From an uncultured SAR86 cluster bacterium (GTDB taxonomy: Bacteria > Pseudomonadota > Gammaproteobacteria > Magnimaribacterales > D2472), in contig CACIJE010000001.1 in the NCBI GenBank assembly GCA_902586925.1, positions 590,104-654,103 of the forward strand: a stretch of 64,000 bases of DNA, in the 5' to 3' direction. The translations under genes and the position numbers were made by a program. Shown here piece after piece: positions 53,979 to 64,000 of this stretch. The notes below the pieces were generated by a model that saw only the letters and a list, made by a program, of their open reading frames with translations, was not told the DNA's origin and did not search any database. The first letter of the stretch is position 1. Each line of letters begins with the position of its first letter.

Positions 53979-56399
53979 TTGAGAAAATCAAAAATATTAC
54001 TCCTTACGCTCTGTTTGAGCTTACAACTTATGTCATTTGATGAATTCCTTGTGAGTGATATAAGAATAATCGGATTACAAAGAGTTTCAACTGGTAGTAT
54101 TTTTAATGTAATACCAATTAGTGTTGGGGATAGAATTGATTTAAGAAAATCAAGTGACATTGTTAGGTCATTGTTTTCAACTGAACAATTTGACGATATT
54201 CAAATTGGTAAAGACGGTAATACCCTAATCATTACAGTCGTTGAGAGACCATCAATATCAGAAATTTCAATATCTGGAAATAAAGCTTTAAAGACTGAAC
54301 AACTTCTAGAAAGTCTTGATGGTGTGGGTATTAAAGAAGGTGAAGTTTATAAAAGGTCAACATTAGAAAAGGTTAAGTCTGAGTTGGTTAGGTCCTATGC
54401 TTCAAATGGAAGATATGGTGCAGGCGTGATAATAGATGAACTTGTTCAACCTCGAAATAGATTAAACATTAATATTGAGGTTGATGAGGGCAATAGTGCA
54501 AAGATTGAAAAAATTAATATTATTGGTAACGAGATTTTCAGTGATGAGGAATTATTGGACAGCTTTGAATTATCAGAGGGATCTTTCTTTTCTTTCTTAT
54601 CAAATAACAATCAATACTCAAGAGAAAAACTTGTCGGAGATATCGAAACATTAGAATCTTATTATAGAGATAGGGGATATTTAAAATTTTCAATTGAATC
54701 TTCCCAGATAAGTTTATCAAGAGATAAAAAATCAATTTTTATCACTTTTAATATTAATGAGGGTCAAACTTACATCATAAACGATGTTAACTTAATTGGA
54801 GAGATACCTTTTGAAGAAGAGGTGTATATTGAAATAATTGAAAGCTTAAAAAATGAAACATATTCGCAAGCTAAGATAACATCAATTGAAGAGTTTTTTG
54901 TAAATGTTTTGGGAAATAGGGGTTATGCATTTGCTGAGGTTACTGGGAATACAGACATAATTGATGATTCAAATGAAGTCAACTTAACATTCTCTGTCAT
55001 TCCTGGAAACAAAACATACACAAGAAAAATCCTTTTTACTGGTAACTATGTAACCCAAGATGAAGTTTTGCGACGCGAAATGAGACAATTTGAAGGAGCA
55101 TGGTCATCAAATAACAGTATTGAAGCAGGTAAGGTAAGGCTAGAGAGATTAGGATTTTTTAAAGAAGTTAATGTTGAAACTGTTCCAGTAATAGGGACCG
55201 AAGATGAAATAGATATTATTTACAGTGTTGAAGAGGAAACTACCGGAAGTGTGGGTGGAAATCTAGGTTACAGTGATTTTGGACTTATGCTTGGTTTCAA
55301 TTTACAAGAACAAAATTTTTTAGGAAGCGGAAATACTGTTGGAATTGGAATTAATAAAAATATTTACAGTGAAAATTATAATATTTCATTTGTAGACCCT
55401 TATGCTACTAAAGATGGAGTAAGTCTTGGCTATAACGTGTATTTTAGAGAGACAGATTATGGTGAATTTAATGTTGCAAATTATCTTACAAATTCAAATG
55501 GCATCGGAGCTCAATTTGGATATCCAACTTCTGATATCACAAGGCTAGGTTACAGCTTAACTTATGATAAAACTGATATCGATATAGGAACTCTTCCTGC
55601 AAGAGAAATATATGATTTTGTATCTGCAGAGGGAAACATCTTTGAAACTATCTCAGCACAAGCCACTTGGCAAAGAGTAACATTAAATAGAGGCCTTTTC
55701 CCAACAGCAGGTTCTTCAACAGTTTTAAGCTTGAGTACTACAATCCCTGGAAGTGACCTCAATTACTATAGAGCTAGTGTAAGGCAAAGATATTACAGAC
55801 CCTTATCTACCAATTTTGTTTTTGGATTTCAAGGAGAGCTAGGCTATCTTGATGTATACGGAGATACTAAAGAAACTCCTTTCTTTCAGAATTTTTATGC
55901 TGGCGGCCCTAGATCTCTTCGAGGCTTTGAATCAAATACACTTGGACCTAGAAGTACAGATGCTCCATGTTATGAATTTAATTATGAAGAAGGTAGTTGT
56001 CCTAATCTAATAGATATTGATGGAGACGGAGAATTAGACTCTCCGTATTTGAATCCATATGCTAATAATACCTCAAGGTATAGAGATAGACCTATAGGTG
56101 GAAATATCAAAATTGAAGGTAGTCTCCAATTAATTTTTAGACTTCCATTTATTGAAGATCAACGATCACTAAGGTCTGCTTTTTTCTTGGATTTTGGTAA
56201 TGTTTTTTCAGATAATTGTAAAGACTATCAAATTAATTGCTATAAACCTGCTGTTGAAGATTTACGATATTCATATGGAGTTGGCATTACTTGGATTACC
56301 GGTTTTGGTCCTCTAAGCCTTGCAATTGCTAAACCAACCAATGCTGGGCCTCAAGAGAGAACCGAAGAATTCCAATTTACAGTAGGAAATGTTTTCTAG
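53979..56399 (+). CDS. bamA: outer membrane protein assembly factor BamA
   Basis: The ORF track starts at 53934, inside rseP. TTG 53979 gives (M)RKSKILLLTLCLSLQLMSF, a plausible signal peptide. POTRA repeats and a C-terminal beta-barrel ending FQFTVGNVF. The start codon is uncertain. Confidence 0.93.
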   Translation: MRKSKILLLTLCLSLQLMSFDEFLVSDIRIIGLQRVSTGSIFNVIPISVGDRIDLRKSSDIVRSLFSTEQFDDIQIGKDGNTLIITVVERPSISEISISGNKALKTEQLLESLDGVGIKEGEVYKRSTLEKVKSELVRSYASNGRYGAGVIIDELVQPRNRLNINIEVDEGNSAKIEKINIIGNEIFSDEELLDSFELSEGSFFSFLSNNNQYSREKLVGDIETLESYYRDRGYLKFSIESSQISLSRDKKSIFITFNINEGQTYIINDVNLIGEIPFEEEVYIEIIESLKNETYSQAKITSIEEFFVNVLGNRGYAFAEVTGNTDIIDDSNEVNLTFSVIPGNKTYTRKILFTGNYVTQDEVLRREMRQFEGAWSSNNSIEAGKVRLERLGFFKEVNVETVPVIGTEDEIDIIYSVEEETTGSVGGNLGYSDFGLMLGFNLQEQNFLGSGNTVGIGINKNIYSENYNISFVDPYATKDGVSLGYNVYFRETDYGEFNVANYLTNSNGIGAQFGYPTSDITRLGYSLTYDKTDIDIGTLPAREIYDFVSAEGNIFETISAQATWQRVTLNRGLFPTAGSSTVLSLSTTIPGSDLNYYRASVRQRYYRPLSTNFVFGFQGELGYLDVYGDTKETPFFQNFYAGGPRSLRGFESNTLGPRSTDAPCYEFNYEEGSCPNLIDIDGDGELDSPYLNPYANNTSRYRDRPIGGNIKIEGSLQLIFRLPFIEDQRSLRSAFFLDFGNVFSDNCKDYQINCYKPAVEDLRYSYGVGITWITGFGPLSLAIAKPTNAGPQERTEEFQFTVGNVF

Positions 56400-56435
56400 T
56401 TAATATAAAATGTTCAAACCACTTTAGGGGTAATT

Positions 56436-56975
56436 ATGAAAAATACAATAAAACTATACTTAACATCTTTTCTTTTAATTGCACTTCCTGGATTTGCAGC
56501 TGACGGTGTTGCAGTCATTGATATGAGGACAGCAGTTTTATCTACTCAGGTTGCCGCTGATGCTTTTAAAGCGCTTGAGGAAGATCCTGACTATTCCTCA
56601 AATCTTGAAGAAGCTAAGTCATTACAAGCTGACAGACAATCAATCGCTGAAAAACTTCAAAAGGAACTTGAAACTTTATCACAAGAGCAAATAGCTGAAA
56701 TGCAAAAAGATATTCAGGTTATGGGTCAAGACCTAGAATTTCTTGCTGGTAAAATTCAACAAGCTCAAGAAGAGACAGCCTCTAAAGTATTTACAGATAT
56801 GGGACCATCAATGCAGAAAATAATAGGTGAGTTAATCACAGCAAAGCAAATAAAAGTCTTGCTTGCAAAAAATGAAACTTTGCTTTTTAGTGATCCTGCT
56901 TTAGATCTTACTGATGATGTAACATCTATGCTTGATGTTGCAGCTTCTTCTGAGGCCCCATCACAATCTGAGTAA
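56436..56975 (+). CDS. skp: periplasmic chaperone Skp (OmpH)
   Basis: 179 aa with a signal peptide and a coiled-coil-rich body. Conserved position between bamA and lpxD. Confidence 0.82.
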   Translation: MKNTIKLYLTSFLLIALPGFAADGVAVIDMRTAVLSTQVAADAFKALEEDPDYSSNLEEAKSLQADRQSIAEKLQKELETLSQEQIAEMQKDIQVMGQDLEFLAGKIQQAQEETASKVFTDMGPSMQKIIGELITAKQIKVLLAKNETLLFSDPALDLTDDVTSMLDVAASSEAPSQSE

Positions 56976-56977
56976 AA

Positions 56978-57913
56978 GTGTCAAAGCATAAAAGCTTTAC
57001 TCTAAAAGAATTAGCTCAAATAACTGATTCAGTTGTCGTTGGAGATGAAAACATCTTTGTGGATAATATTTCCTCGATAGATAACGCAACAAATTCGTCT
57101 ATAACCTTTTTATCAAATAATAAATATGCATCTAAACTCAAGTCATCAATTGCTTGTGCTGTAATAGTTAAGAAAGACTTTAAAACTGATAAAAGCTTTA
57201 ATTATCTTAAAACAGGTGATCCATATCTGGCATATGCAAAACTTTCAAATTTATTTGATAACGAAAATGAAATAAATATCCCGTATGTCGATAAGTCAGC
57301 TGTAATTTCAGATAAGACTTCAATTGATAAAAATGTATATATCGGTCCAAATGTTTTTATTGGACCAAATTGTACAATTGGACCAAACGTTATAATACAC
57401 GCGAATTGTTCTATTGTTCAAAATGTAAATATTGATTCAGAAACAGTAATTCAAAATGGATCAGTCTTAGGATCAGATGGTTTTGGATATGCTCCAACAA
57501 AAGATGGCTATCTTAAAATAAAGCAATTGGGTGGTCTTAAAATTGGAAAAAATGTTGAAATCGGAGCAAATTGTACTCTTGATAGAGGAGCAATTGATGA
57601 CACTCAGATTCATGATGGAGTTATTTTAGATAATTTAGTTCATGTAGCTCATAATGTTATTATAGGAAAAAATTCAGCAATTGCAGCTTCATGCGCTATA
57701 GCAGGCTCAACAAAAATTGGCAAAAATTTTCAAATGGGAGGTCTTTCTGGTGTTCTTGGTCATTTAGAAGTTTGTGACAATGTTACAATTGGAGCCCATA
57801 CCTTAGTTACAAAAAATATTACTAAACCTGGTAACTATATTGGAATAATGCCAATTCAAGAGAGTGATCAATGGGCTAAGTCATCGGTTTATATAAAAAA
57901 ACTAAGCAAATAA
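56978..57913 (+). CDS. lpxD: UDP-3-O-acylglucosamine N-acyltransferase
   Basis: 311 aa with a GTG start and left-handed beta-helix hexapeptide repeats. Sits in the skp-lpxD-fabZ synteny. Confidence 0.93.
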   Translation: MSKHKSFTLKELAQITDSVVVGDENIFVDNISSIDNATNSSITFLSNNKYASKLKSSIACAVIVKKDFKTDKSFNYLKTGDPYLAYAKLSNLFDNENEINIPYVDKSAVISDKTSIDKNVYIGPNVFIGPNCTIGPNVIIHANCSIVQNVNIDSETVIQNGSVLGSDGFGYAPTKDGYLKIKQLGGLKIGKNVEIGANCTLDRGAIDDTQIHDGVILDNLVHVAHNVIIGKNSAIAASCAIAGSTKIGKNFQMGGLSGVLGHLEVCDNVTIGAHTLVTKNITKPGNYIGIMPIQESDQWAKSSVYIKKLSK

Positions 57914-57914
57914 A

Positions 57915-58358
57915 ATGAAAATTTCTACTGATGATATAAAAAAATATCTTCCTCACAGAGAGCCATTTTTATTTGTAGATGAAGTCATAGAAATTGATAA
58001 AAATAATGAAATACATGTAAAAAAGCACATTAATGGTAACGAATTTTTTCTTGAAGGACATTTTCCAAATAATCCAATCTTCCCAGGCGTTATTATAATT
58101 GAAGCATTAGGACAAGCCTCAGGAATACTTGGTTTTGTAACTATGAACAAAACTCCTGAGGAGGGTTCAATATATGTTTTGGCTGGGGTTGATAAGGTTA
58201 GATTTAGAAAAAGAGTTAGACCAGGAGACACAATAGATTTATACAGTAAAGTTCTTAGTGAAAAAAGAGGAATTTGGAAGTTCGATTGTAGAGCAGAACT
58301 AAAAAATGAATTGGTTTGTTCTGCAATAATTTTATGCGCTGACAGGAAGGCAATATGA
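57915..58358 (+). CDS. fabZ: 3-hydroxyacyl-ACP dehydratase FabZ
   Basis: 147 aa. LPHREPFLFVD and GHFPNNPIFPGV motifs. Confidence 0.97.
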   Translation: MKISTDDIKKYLPHREPFLFVDEVIEIDKNNEIHVKKHINGNEFFLEGHFPNNPIFPGVIIIEALGQASGILGFVTMNKTPEEGSIYVLAGVDKVRFRKRVRPGDTIDLYSKVLSEKRGIWKFDCRAELKNELVCSAIILCADRKAI

Positions 58359-59134
58359 GAATTCATCCTACAGCAATAATTAGTGAAAAATCAAAAATAG
58401 ACGATTCTGTAGAAATCGGGCCTTTTTGTATTATTGATGATGACGTTGAGATACAAAAAGGGACAAAACTTTTAAGTCATGTTGTTTTGAGGGGACCAAC
58501 ATTTATTGGCGAGGAAAATATTTTCTATCAGTTTTCAACTATTGGTGAAGATACTCCAGATAAGAAATTTAAAGGTGAAAAAACGGAACTTGAAATTGGA
58601 GATAGAAATATTTTTAGAGAGGGAGTAACAGTTCATAGGGGAACAGTTCAAGATAAAGGAATAACCTCTATTGGATCTGACAATCTACTAATGGCATATT
58701 CTCATATTGCTCATGACTGTATTGTTGGCGATGCAAATGTATTCGCAAATAATGCTGGAATAGCAGGACACGTAAATGTTGGAAATAATATTACAATAGG
58801 CGCTCTTACAACAATTCACCAATTTTGCAATATAGGGGATTATTCATTTATAGGTATGAATACATCAATTAATATGGATATTCCTGCATTTGTTAAGGTT
58901 GCTGCTGACCCAGCAAGAGTCATTGGACTTAATTCAGTTGGTATGACCAGGAACAATATTACTCCCGAATCCTTATCTTTAATTAAAAAAGCATATAAGT
59001 TAGTTTATAGAAAGAATCTTAAAATTGAAGAAGCTATAAGTAAATCTAAGGAACTTAATAAAGATAAAAATTGTTCTTTTTTAGATATTTTTATTAAATC
59101 TCTTGAGATATCTAAGAGAGGAATTTTAAGATAA
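58355..59134 (+). CDS. lpxA: acyl-ACP--UDP-N-acetylglucosamine O-acyltransferase
   Basis: 259 aa. IHPTAIIS N-terminus and hexapeptide repeats. Confidence 0.96.
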   Translation: MRIHPTAIISEKSKIDDSVEIGPFCIIDDDVEIQKGTKLLSHVVLRGPTFIGEENIFYQFSTIGEDTPDKKFKGEKTELEIGDRNIFREGVTVHRGTVQDKGITSIGSDNLLMAYSHIAHDCIVGDANVFANNAGIAGHVNVGNNITIGALTTIHQFCNIGDYSFIGMNTSINMDIPAFVKVAADPARVIGLNSVGMTRNNITPESLSLIKKAYKLVYRKNLKIEEAISKSKELNKDKNCSFLDIFIKSLEISKRGILR

Positions 59135-60256
59135 GTGTATCAAAAAGAAATTCTCAATGTTGGTGTTGTTTGCGGTGAGCATTCAGGTGATATGCTTGGT
59201 GCAGACCTCATTGAGGAACTAAAAAAACAATACGAAGTAAATTTGTTTGGAGTAGGTGGCCCAAAACTAGAATTACAAGGACTTGAATCAGTATTTCATT
59301 TTTCTGAAATAAATATTATGGGGCTAATTGAGCCTTTTTTTAATTATTTAAAACTTATAAAATTAAGAAAAAATTTAATTAATCTTTTTATAAACAAAAA
59401 AATTGACATTTTCATAGGTATTGACTCTCCAGATTTCAATATTGGAATTCATAAAGCCCTAAAAAAAAAGAGTTCAAACAAAAATATTCAGCTTGTAAGT
59501 CCATCTGTTTGGGGCTGGAGACAAGGTCGAATTAAATCAATAAAGTCTTACATTGATTTAACTTTATGCCTGTTTGATTTTGAACATAATTACTACAAAA
59601 AAGAAGGACATAATAGTTTTCATATTGGCCATCCATTTTTTAAATCACAAAAAGAAAATGACCAAGAAGTTTTTCAAAAATATAAATTAGATAGCTCGAA
59701 AAAATTTTTATCAATTCTTCCAGGAAGTAGGATGTCAGAAATTAAAAATATGTTGCCTATTTATATAGACTTTATAAGAAAACATTCAAAAAGTAATAAA
59801 AATTATTTTTATTTAGTGCCTGCTACTGATAAGAAATTATTTGAGCTAATTCATGAATTCATTACTCATGAAGATCTTCCTATATTAATTGCTGATAACT
59901 CTGTAAAAGATTTCTTGTCAATTTCAGAAGTTTCAATAGTAACCTCAGGAACTGCTACTTTAGAATCAGCAATCTTAGAATGCCCGCCTGTGATTTGCTA
60001 CAAAACGAACTTTATTAATTATTCAATTATTTCAAGAATGTTAAAAATTCAAGATGTTGGCCTTCCTAATTTATTATTTGGTAAAAGGCATTATATAGAA
60101 CTTATTCAAAATCAATGTAATGTTGAAAACATAATTAATGCAGTTAACGAAACACTTTGCTTTGTACCAAATTGTGAAAAAGACGCATCCTTTCTAAGGA
60201 ATGCACTTAAGGGAAAAGGTTATCCAGAAGCCATAAAGGCTATTAGAACGCTTTGA
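59135..60256 (+). CDS. lpxB: lipid-A-disaccharide synthase
   Basis: 373 aa with a GTG start directly after the lpxA stop. GEHSGDMLGADLI N-terminus is typical of LpxB. Confidence 0.94.
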   Translation: MYQKEILNVGVVCGEHSGDMLGADLIEELKKQYEVNLFGVGGPKLELQGLESVFHFSEINIMGLIEPFFNYLKLIKLRKNLINLFINKKIDIFIGIDSPDFNIGIHKALKKKSSNKNIQLVSPSVWGWRQGRIKSIKSYIDLTLCLFDFEHNYYKKEGHNSFHIGHPFFKSQKENDQEVFQKYKLDSSKKFLSILPGSRMSEIKNMLPIYIDFIRKHSKSNKNYFYLVPATDKKLFELIHEFITHEDLPILIADNSVKDFLSISEVSIVTSGTATLESAILECPPVICYKTNFINYSIISRMLKIQDVGLPNLLFGKRHYIELIQNQCNVENIINAVNETLCFVPNCEKDASFLRNALKGKGYPEAIKAIRTL

Positions 60257-60807
60257 AAAGTAAACTGGTGGCTGGAACAGATGAGGTGGGAAGAGGTTGC
60301 TTAGCCGGACCGGTTGTTGCTGCAGCTGTAATTTTAAAAACAAAAATAGATAACCTACAGGATTCAAAAAAACTTACTGAAAAAAAAAGAGAGTTATTAT
60401 CAAAAATTATTCTCCAAAATTCATTTTTTGGTTTTGGTATTGTTTCAAATTTAGAAATAGACAATATAAATATACTGAATGCTTCTTTATTAGCAATGAA
60501 AAGAGCTATACTTAACTTAGAATCAAAGCCAGCTTTAGTTTTGATTGATGGTATACATAAACCTGATTTAGAAGTGCCAATGCAAACTATTATTGGCGGA
60601 GATTCGATTGAGCCTGCAATAAGCGCTGCTTCAATAATCGCAAAGGTTTACAGAGATAATTTAATGTCCGTATACGATAAAAAATATCCTGAATTTAATT
60701 TTAAGAAGAATAAAGGATATGGAACAAAAGAACATTTTCAAGCAATTGAATTAAATGGTATTTGTGAAATTCATAGAAAATCATTCAAAGGTGTTGAAAT
60801 AAGATAA
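60253..60807 (+). CDS. rnhB: ribonuclease HII
   Basis: 184 aa. VAGTDEVGRGCLAGPVV catalytic motif. The TTG start overlaps the lpxB stop. GTG 60268 is an alternative start. Confidence 0.94.
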   Translation: MKSKLVAGTDEVGRGCLAGPVVAAAVILKTKIDNLQDSKKLTEKKRELLSKIILQNSFFGFGIVSNLEIDNINILNASLLAMKRAILNLESKPALVLIDGIHKPDLEVPMQTIIGGDSIEPAISAASIIAKVYRDNLMSVYDKKYPEFNFKKNKGYGTKEHFQAIELNGICEIHRKSFKGVEIR

Positions 60808-63800
60808 TGAAATTGTTTTCACACCTAAGAGTTTCATCTGAATTTAGCATTACACAAGGACTTTTAACAATTGATCAGATAGTAGATAACGCTGTAGAAA
60901 ATTCTGTGCCTTCTGTTGCATTGACAGACAAATCTAACATGTTTGGACTTGTAAAATTTTTTAATAAATGTGAATCAGCTGGTATTAAACCAATATCAGG
61001 GTCTTCAATAAGATTAATTTTTGAAGATGATGATATTTCTTATGAACTTTTATGTTTAGCAAAGACAAATAATGGACATAGGAATTTAATGAAAATAATT
61101 TCTAATGCTCATAATAATAATTCATTCAATCTACCAATAATAAAATTTAATGATTTAATTAAATTAAAAGATGACATTGTTGTAATCTCTGGTGGGAAAG
61201 GAAGCCATATATTTGAATATTTGAAATTGGGCAATACACCAGAGGCAGTTTCAAGAATTGATAATTTTAGGAATCATTTTGGAGATGATTTTGTTATTGA
61301 TATTCAGATGACAAACAGACTTGATGAAATGGAATACATAAAAAATGTATTGCCAATATCTAAGGATAAAGGGATTCCATTAATAGCCACTAATGATGTT
61401 TTATTTTCAAAACAAGAAGACTTTGATATTCACGAAACAAAAGTTTGTATAAATACTGGCAAAACATTAAATGATCCAAACAGGCAAAAAATATTCTCCG
61501 AAGAACAATATTTCAAATCTCCTGAGGAAATGATTGAACTATTTAAAGACTATGATTCACTTATAGAAAATACAAATGAAATATCAAAAAAATGTAATGT
61601 TTCACTTGATACAAAGGGTTATTTTTTACCAGAATACCCAGTTCCAAAAAAACATAACTTTGACTCTTACTTAAAAGAAATTTCAATTGAAAGAATTAAA
61701 ATCTATGTCAATGATTTTGAAATTGAAAAACAAAATGAATATATCGATAGATTAAATTATGAATTAGATCAGATTAAAGCAATGGGTTTTTCAAGTTATT
61801 TTCTAATAGTCTATGATTTTATAAAGTGGTCCAAAAATAACGATGTGCCAGTAGGCCCAGGAAGAGGCTCAGGAGCAGGTTCATTAGTAGCTTTCGCTCT
61901 AGAAATAACTACCCTAGATCCAATTATTCATGGACTTTTATTTGAAAGATTCTTAAATCCTGAGAGATTATCAATGCCAGACTTTGATGTTGATTTTTGC
62001 ATGGACAAAAGAGATATGGTTATTGATTACGTAAGTAAAAAATATGGCTCCGAGTCAGTCTCACAAATTGCGACCTTTGGAACAATGGCAGCAAGAGCAG
62101 TTGTTAGGGATGTAGCAAGAGCACTTGGTAAACCTTATGCCTTGGGAGATAGAATCTCTAAAATGATACCTTTTGCTCCAGGTATGACTCTTGATAAAGC
62201 AAAAAAAGATCAACCAATTTTTGCTGAAAGTTTAAAAAATGACTCTGAAGTTAGAGAGATCGTTGATTTATCTTATAAGCTTGAAGGTATTGCAAGAAAT
62301 GTTGGAAAACATGCTGGTGGTGTCGTTATAGCTCCTGGTAATATATCAGATTTTTGTCCAGTATATGTTGATCGTCAGTCAGACTCAGTTATGACTCAGT
62401 ATGATAAAGATGATGTTGAAAAAATAGGCCTGGTTAAATTTGATTTTTTAGGATTAAGGACTCTAACAGTAATAGACAGTGCAGTTAAATCAATAAATAA
62501 AGGCTTAGATAAATCAAAGAAAATTGATATAAATAATATTTCATTGAAAGATGAAGAGGTATTTAAATTGCTTTCATCTGGGAAAACAATGGCTGTTTTT
62601 CAACTTGAATCTTCAGGTATGAGAGATCTCATAAAAAGGCTGAAACCTACAAAATTTGAAGAGATAACTGCTTTACTTGCCTTATATAGACCAGGCCCAT
62701 TAAATTCCGGTATGCATGAAGAATTTGTCGATAGAAAACATGGAAAGAGCCCAGTTACATATCCACACAAGTTACTAGAAAAAGTTCTAGAGGAAACATA
62801 TGGAGTTATCGTATATCAAGAGCAAGTAATGGAATCCGCTAGAGTTTTGGCAGGTTTTTCATTGGGCCAGGCAGATATTTTGAGAAGAGCCATGGGAAAA
62901 AAGAAAAAAGAGGAAATGGAGGAACAAAGAGAGATATTTGTTAAAGGATGCCTGAAGAATGATATTACTGAAAAAAATGCTGAACAGATATTTGATCTAA
63001 TTAATCAATTTGCAGAATATGGATTCAATAAATCTCATTCAGCTGCATATGCATTAATTTCCTATCAAACAGCATTTCTAAAAACATATTATCCTGAACA
63101 TTTCATGGCAGCAGTTTTATCCTCAGAACTAGGAAATACAGATAAAATTTATGCATTGACTCAAGAATGTTCAAGAATGGGTATAGAAGTGCTTAAGCCC
63201 AATATACTGTCAAGCAATAAAAAATTTGAAGTTAATAGTGAATCTAAAATTGAGTACGGTTTAGGTGCTATTAAAGGTGTTGCAGATTCTTTCATCAAAC
63301 ACCTGTGCCAAGAAAGAGAAACAATAAAGTTCAAAGATCTTTGGGATTTTTCAAAAAAAGTAGATATAAGGCTTGGTGGAAAAAAATCTTTAGAAGCCTT
63401 ATCTCAATCAGGTGCGTTTGATTCGTTGGCACCATCAAGAACCATTGCAATAGAATGTACTAAGGATATGTTGAATGATGGAAAAAACCTTAATGGAAAC
63501 TCAAATTTTCTAAGTGGAGACCTTTTCGCTAATATGCAAGATAGTTTTAATCCATATGAAAAATATAAAAATTTACATGAGTTATCACTAAGTGAAAAAT
63601 TAGAGCTAGAAAAAAAATCTCTAGGGTATTATTTATCAGGGCATCCTGTTTTAGCAATTGAAGACAAAATAAAAAAAATAAGTTCTCATAAAATAAATCA
63701 ACTTAACAACGATATTAAAAAATCTTCGTTAGTTTGTTTAATCAATAGTGTAAGACAGATTAAGGACCGACAAGGGAAACCACTAACTTTTATAAATTTT

Positions 63801-64000
63801 GATGATGGCACTGGAACTATGGATGGAATTATAGCCAGTGATACTTTGGAAAATTGTCATAATTTTTTAAAAGAAGGGGAAATATTAAATCTTAAAGGAA
63901 CCATTGAGGTTGATGATTACAGAACCAATGATTTAGGTTCACTGATGTTTAGGATGCGTGTAAAAGAAGTAAGTCAAATAGATAATGAATTAAATAAAAA
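60807..64000 (+). CDS. dnaE: DNA polymerase III subunit alpha (partial; C-terminus beyond window end)
   Basis: My own translation from ATG 60807 (TAATG overlap with rnhB) reads MKLFSHLRVSSEFSITQGLL... with a PHP domain. It continues through PVGPGRGSGAGSLVAF and FNKSHSAAYA blocks. The frame stays open to position 64000, so it is absent from the ORF track. Confidence 0.95.
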   Translation, partial: MKLFSHLRVSSEFSITQGLLTIDQIVDNAVENSVPSVALTDKSNMFGLVKFFNKCESAGIKPISGSSIRLIFEDDDISYELLCLAKTNNGHRNLMKIISNAHNNNSFNLPIIKFNDLIKLKDDIVVISGGKGSHIFEYLKLGNTPEAVSRIDNFRNHFGDDFVIDIQMTNRLDEMEYIKNVLPISKDKGIPLIATNDVLFSKQEDFDIHETKVCINTGKTLNDPNRQKIFSEEQYFKSPEEMIELFKDYDSLIENTNEISKKCNVSLDTKGYFLPEYPVPKKHNFDSYLKEISIERIKIYVNDFEIEKQNEYIDRLNYELDQIKAMGFSSYFLIVYDFIKWSKNNDVPVGPGRGSGAGSLVAFALEITTLDPIIHGLLFERFLNPERLSMPDFDVDFCMDKRDMVIDYVSKKYGSESVSQIATFGTMAARAVVRDVARALGKPYALGDRISKMIPFAPGMTLDKAKKDQPIFAESLKNDSEVREIVDLSYKLEGIARNVGKHAGGVVIAPGNISDFCPVYVDRQSDSVMTQYDKDDVEKIGLVKFDFLGLRTLTVIDSAVKSINKGLDKSKKIDINNISLKDEEVFKLLSSGKTMAVFQLESSGMRDLIKRLKPTKFEEITALLALYRPGPLNSGMHEEFVDRKHGKSPVTYPHKLLEKVLEETYGVIVYQEQVMESARVLAGFSLGQADILRRAMGKKKKEEMEEQREIFVKGCLKNDITEKNAEQIFDLINQFAEYGFNKSHSAAYALISYQTAFLKTYYPEHFMAAVLSSELGNTDKIYALTQECSRMGIEVLKPNILSSNKKFEVNSESKIEYGLGAIKGVADSFIKHLCQERETIKFKDLWDFSKKVDIRLGGKKSLEALSQSGAFDSLAPSRTIAIECTKDMLNDGKNLNGNSNFLSGDLFANMQDSFNPYEKYKNLHELSLSEKLELEKKSLGYYLSGHPVLAIEDKIKKISSHKINQLNNDIKKSSLVCLINSVRQIKDRQGKPLTFINFDDGTGTMDGIIASDTLENCHNFLKEGEILNLKGTIEVDDYRTNDLGSLMFRMRVKEVSQIDNELNK

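Overview
The window is a contiguous block of core housekeeping genes from a visibly AT-rich, very compact gammaproteobacterial genome. I did not compute GC content. The lineage guess rests on three things: fabA-fabB, E. coli-like RpoB/RpoC/EF-Tu/tmRNA sequences, and Pseudomonas-type gene orders. Those orders are frr-uppS-cdsA-dxr-rseP-bamA-skp-lpxD-fabZ-lpxA-lpxB-rnhB-dnaE, divergent bamE/fur, and dnaK-dnaJ-dapB. A streamlined marine clade is only a speculation.

Gene order is: msrA(partial)<, birA<, tRNA-Tyr, tRNA-Thr, tuf, tRNA-Trp, secE, nusG, rplKAJL, rpoBC, rpsL-rpsG-fusA. Then come the complete S10/spc/alpha ribosomal-protein arrays from rpsJ to rplQ, including a hand-found rpmJ. These are followed by uvrA<, ssb, fabB<fabA<ispB<, rplU-rpmA-obgE, rpsT<, ssrA(tmRNA)<, smpB<, a DUF3429-like membrane protein, an NSS-family transporter, ratA, bamE<, fur, grpE-dnaK-dnaJ-dapB, rpsB-tsf-pyrH-frr-uppS-cdsA-dxr-rseP-bamA-skp-lpxD-fabZ-lpxA-lpxB-rnhB and dnaE(partial).

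By my coordinates only about 1.6 kb of 64 kb is non-genic. I see no rRNA, CRISPR, IS/transposase, integrase, prophage, defence-like or compositionally foreign segment. I find no candidate for a novel multi-gene system here.

The observations worth a second look are regulatory and architectural:
- a structured rplJ leader with a repeated AAATTG/CAATTTG motif abutting the Shine-Dalgarno (SD) sequence;
- loss of most other r-protein autoregulatory spacers;
- sigma70-like promoters with conspicuous GC-rich discriminators, two of them sharing AATACGCCAC;
- four convergent gene pairs with overlapping stop codons;
- a single strong hairpin in the intergenic DNA, after tuf;
- one uncharacterised membrane-protein/NSS-transporter pair.

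All are of modest interest.
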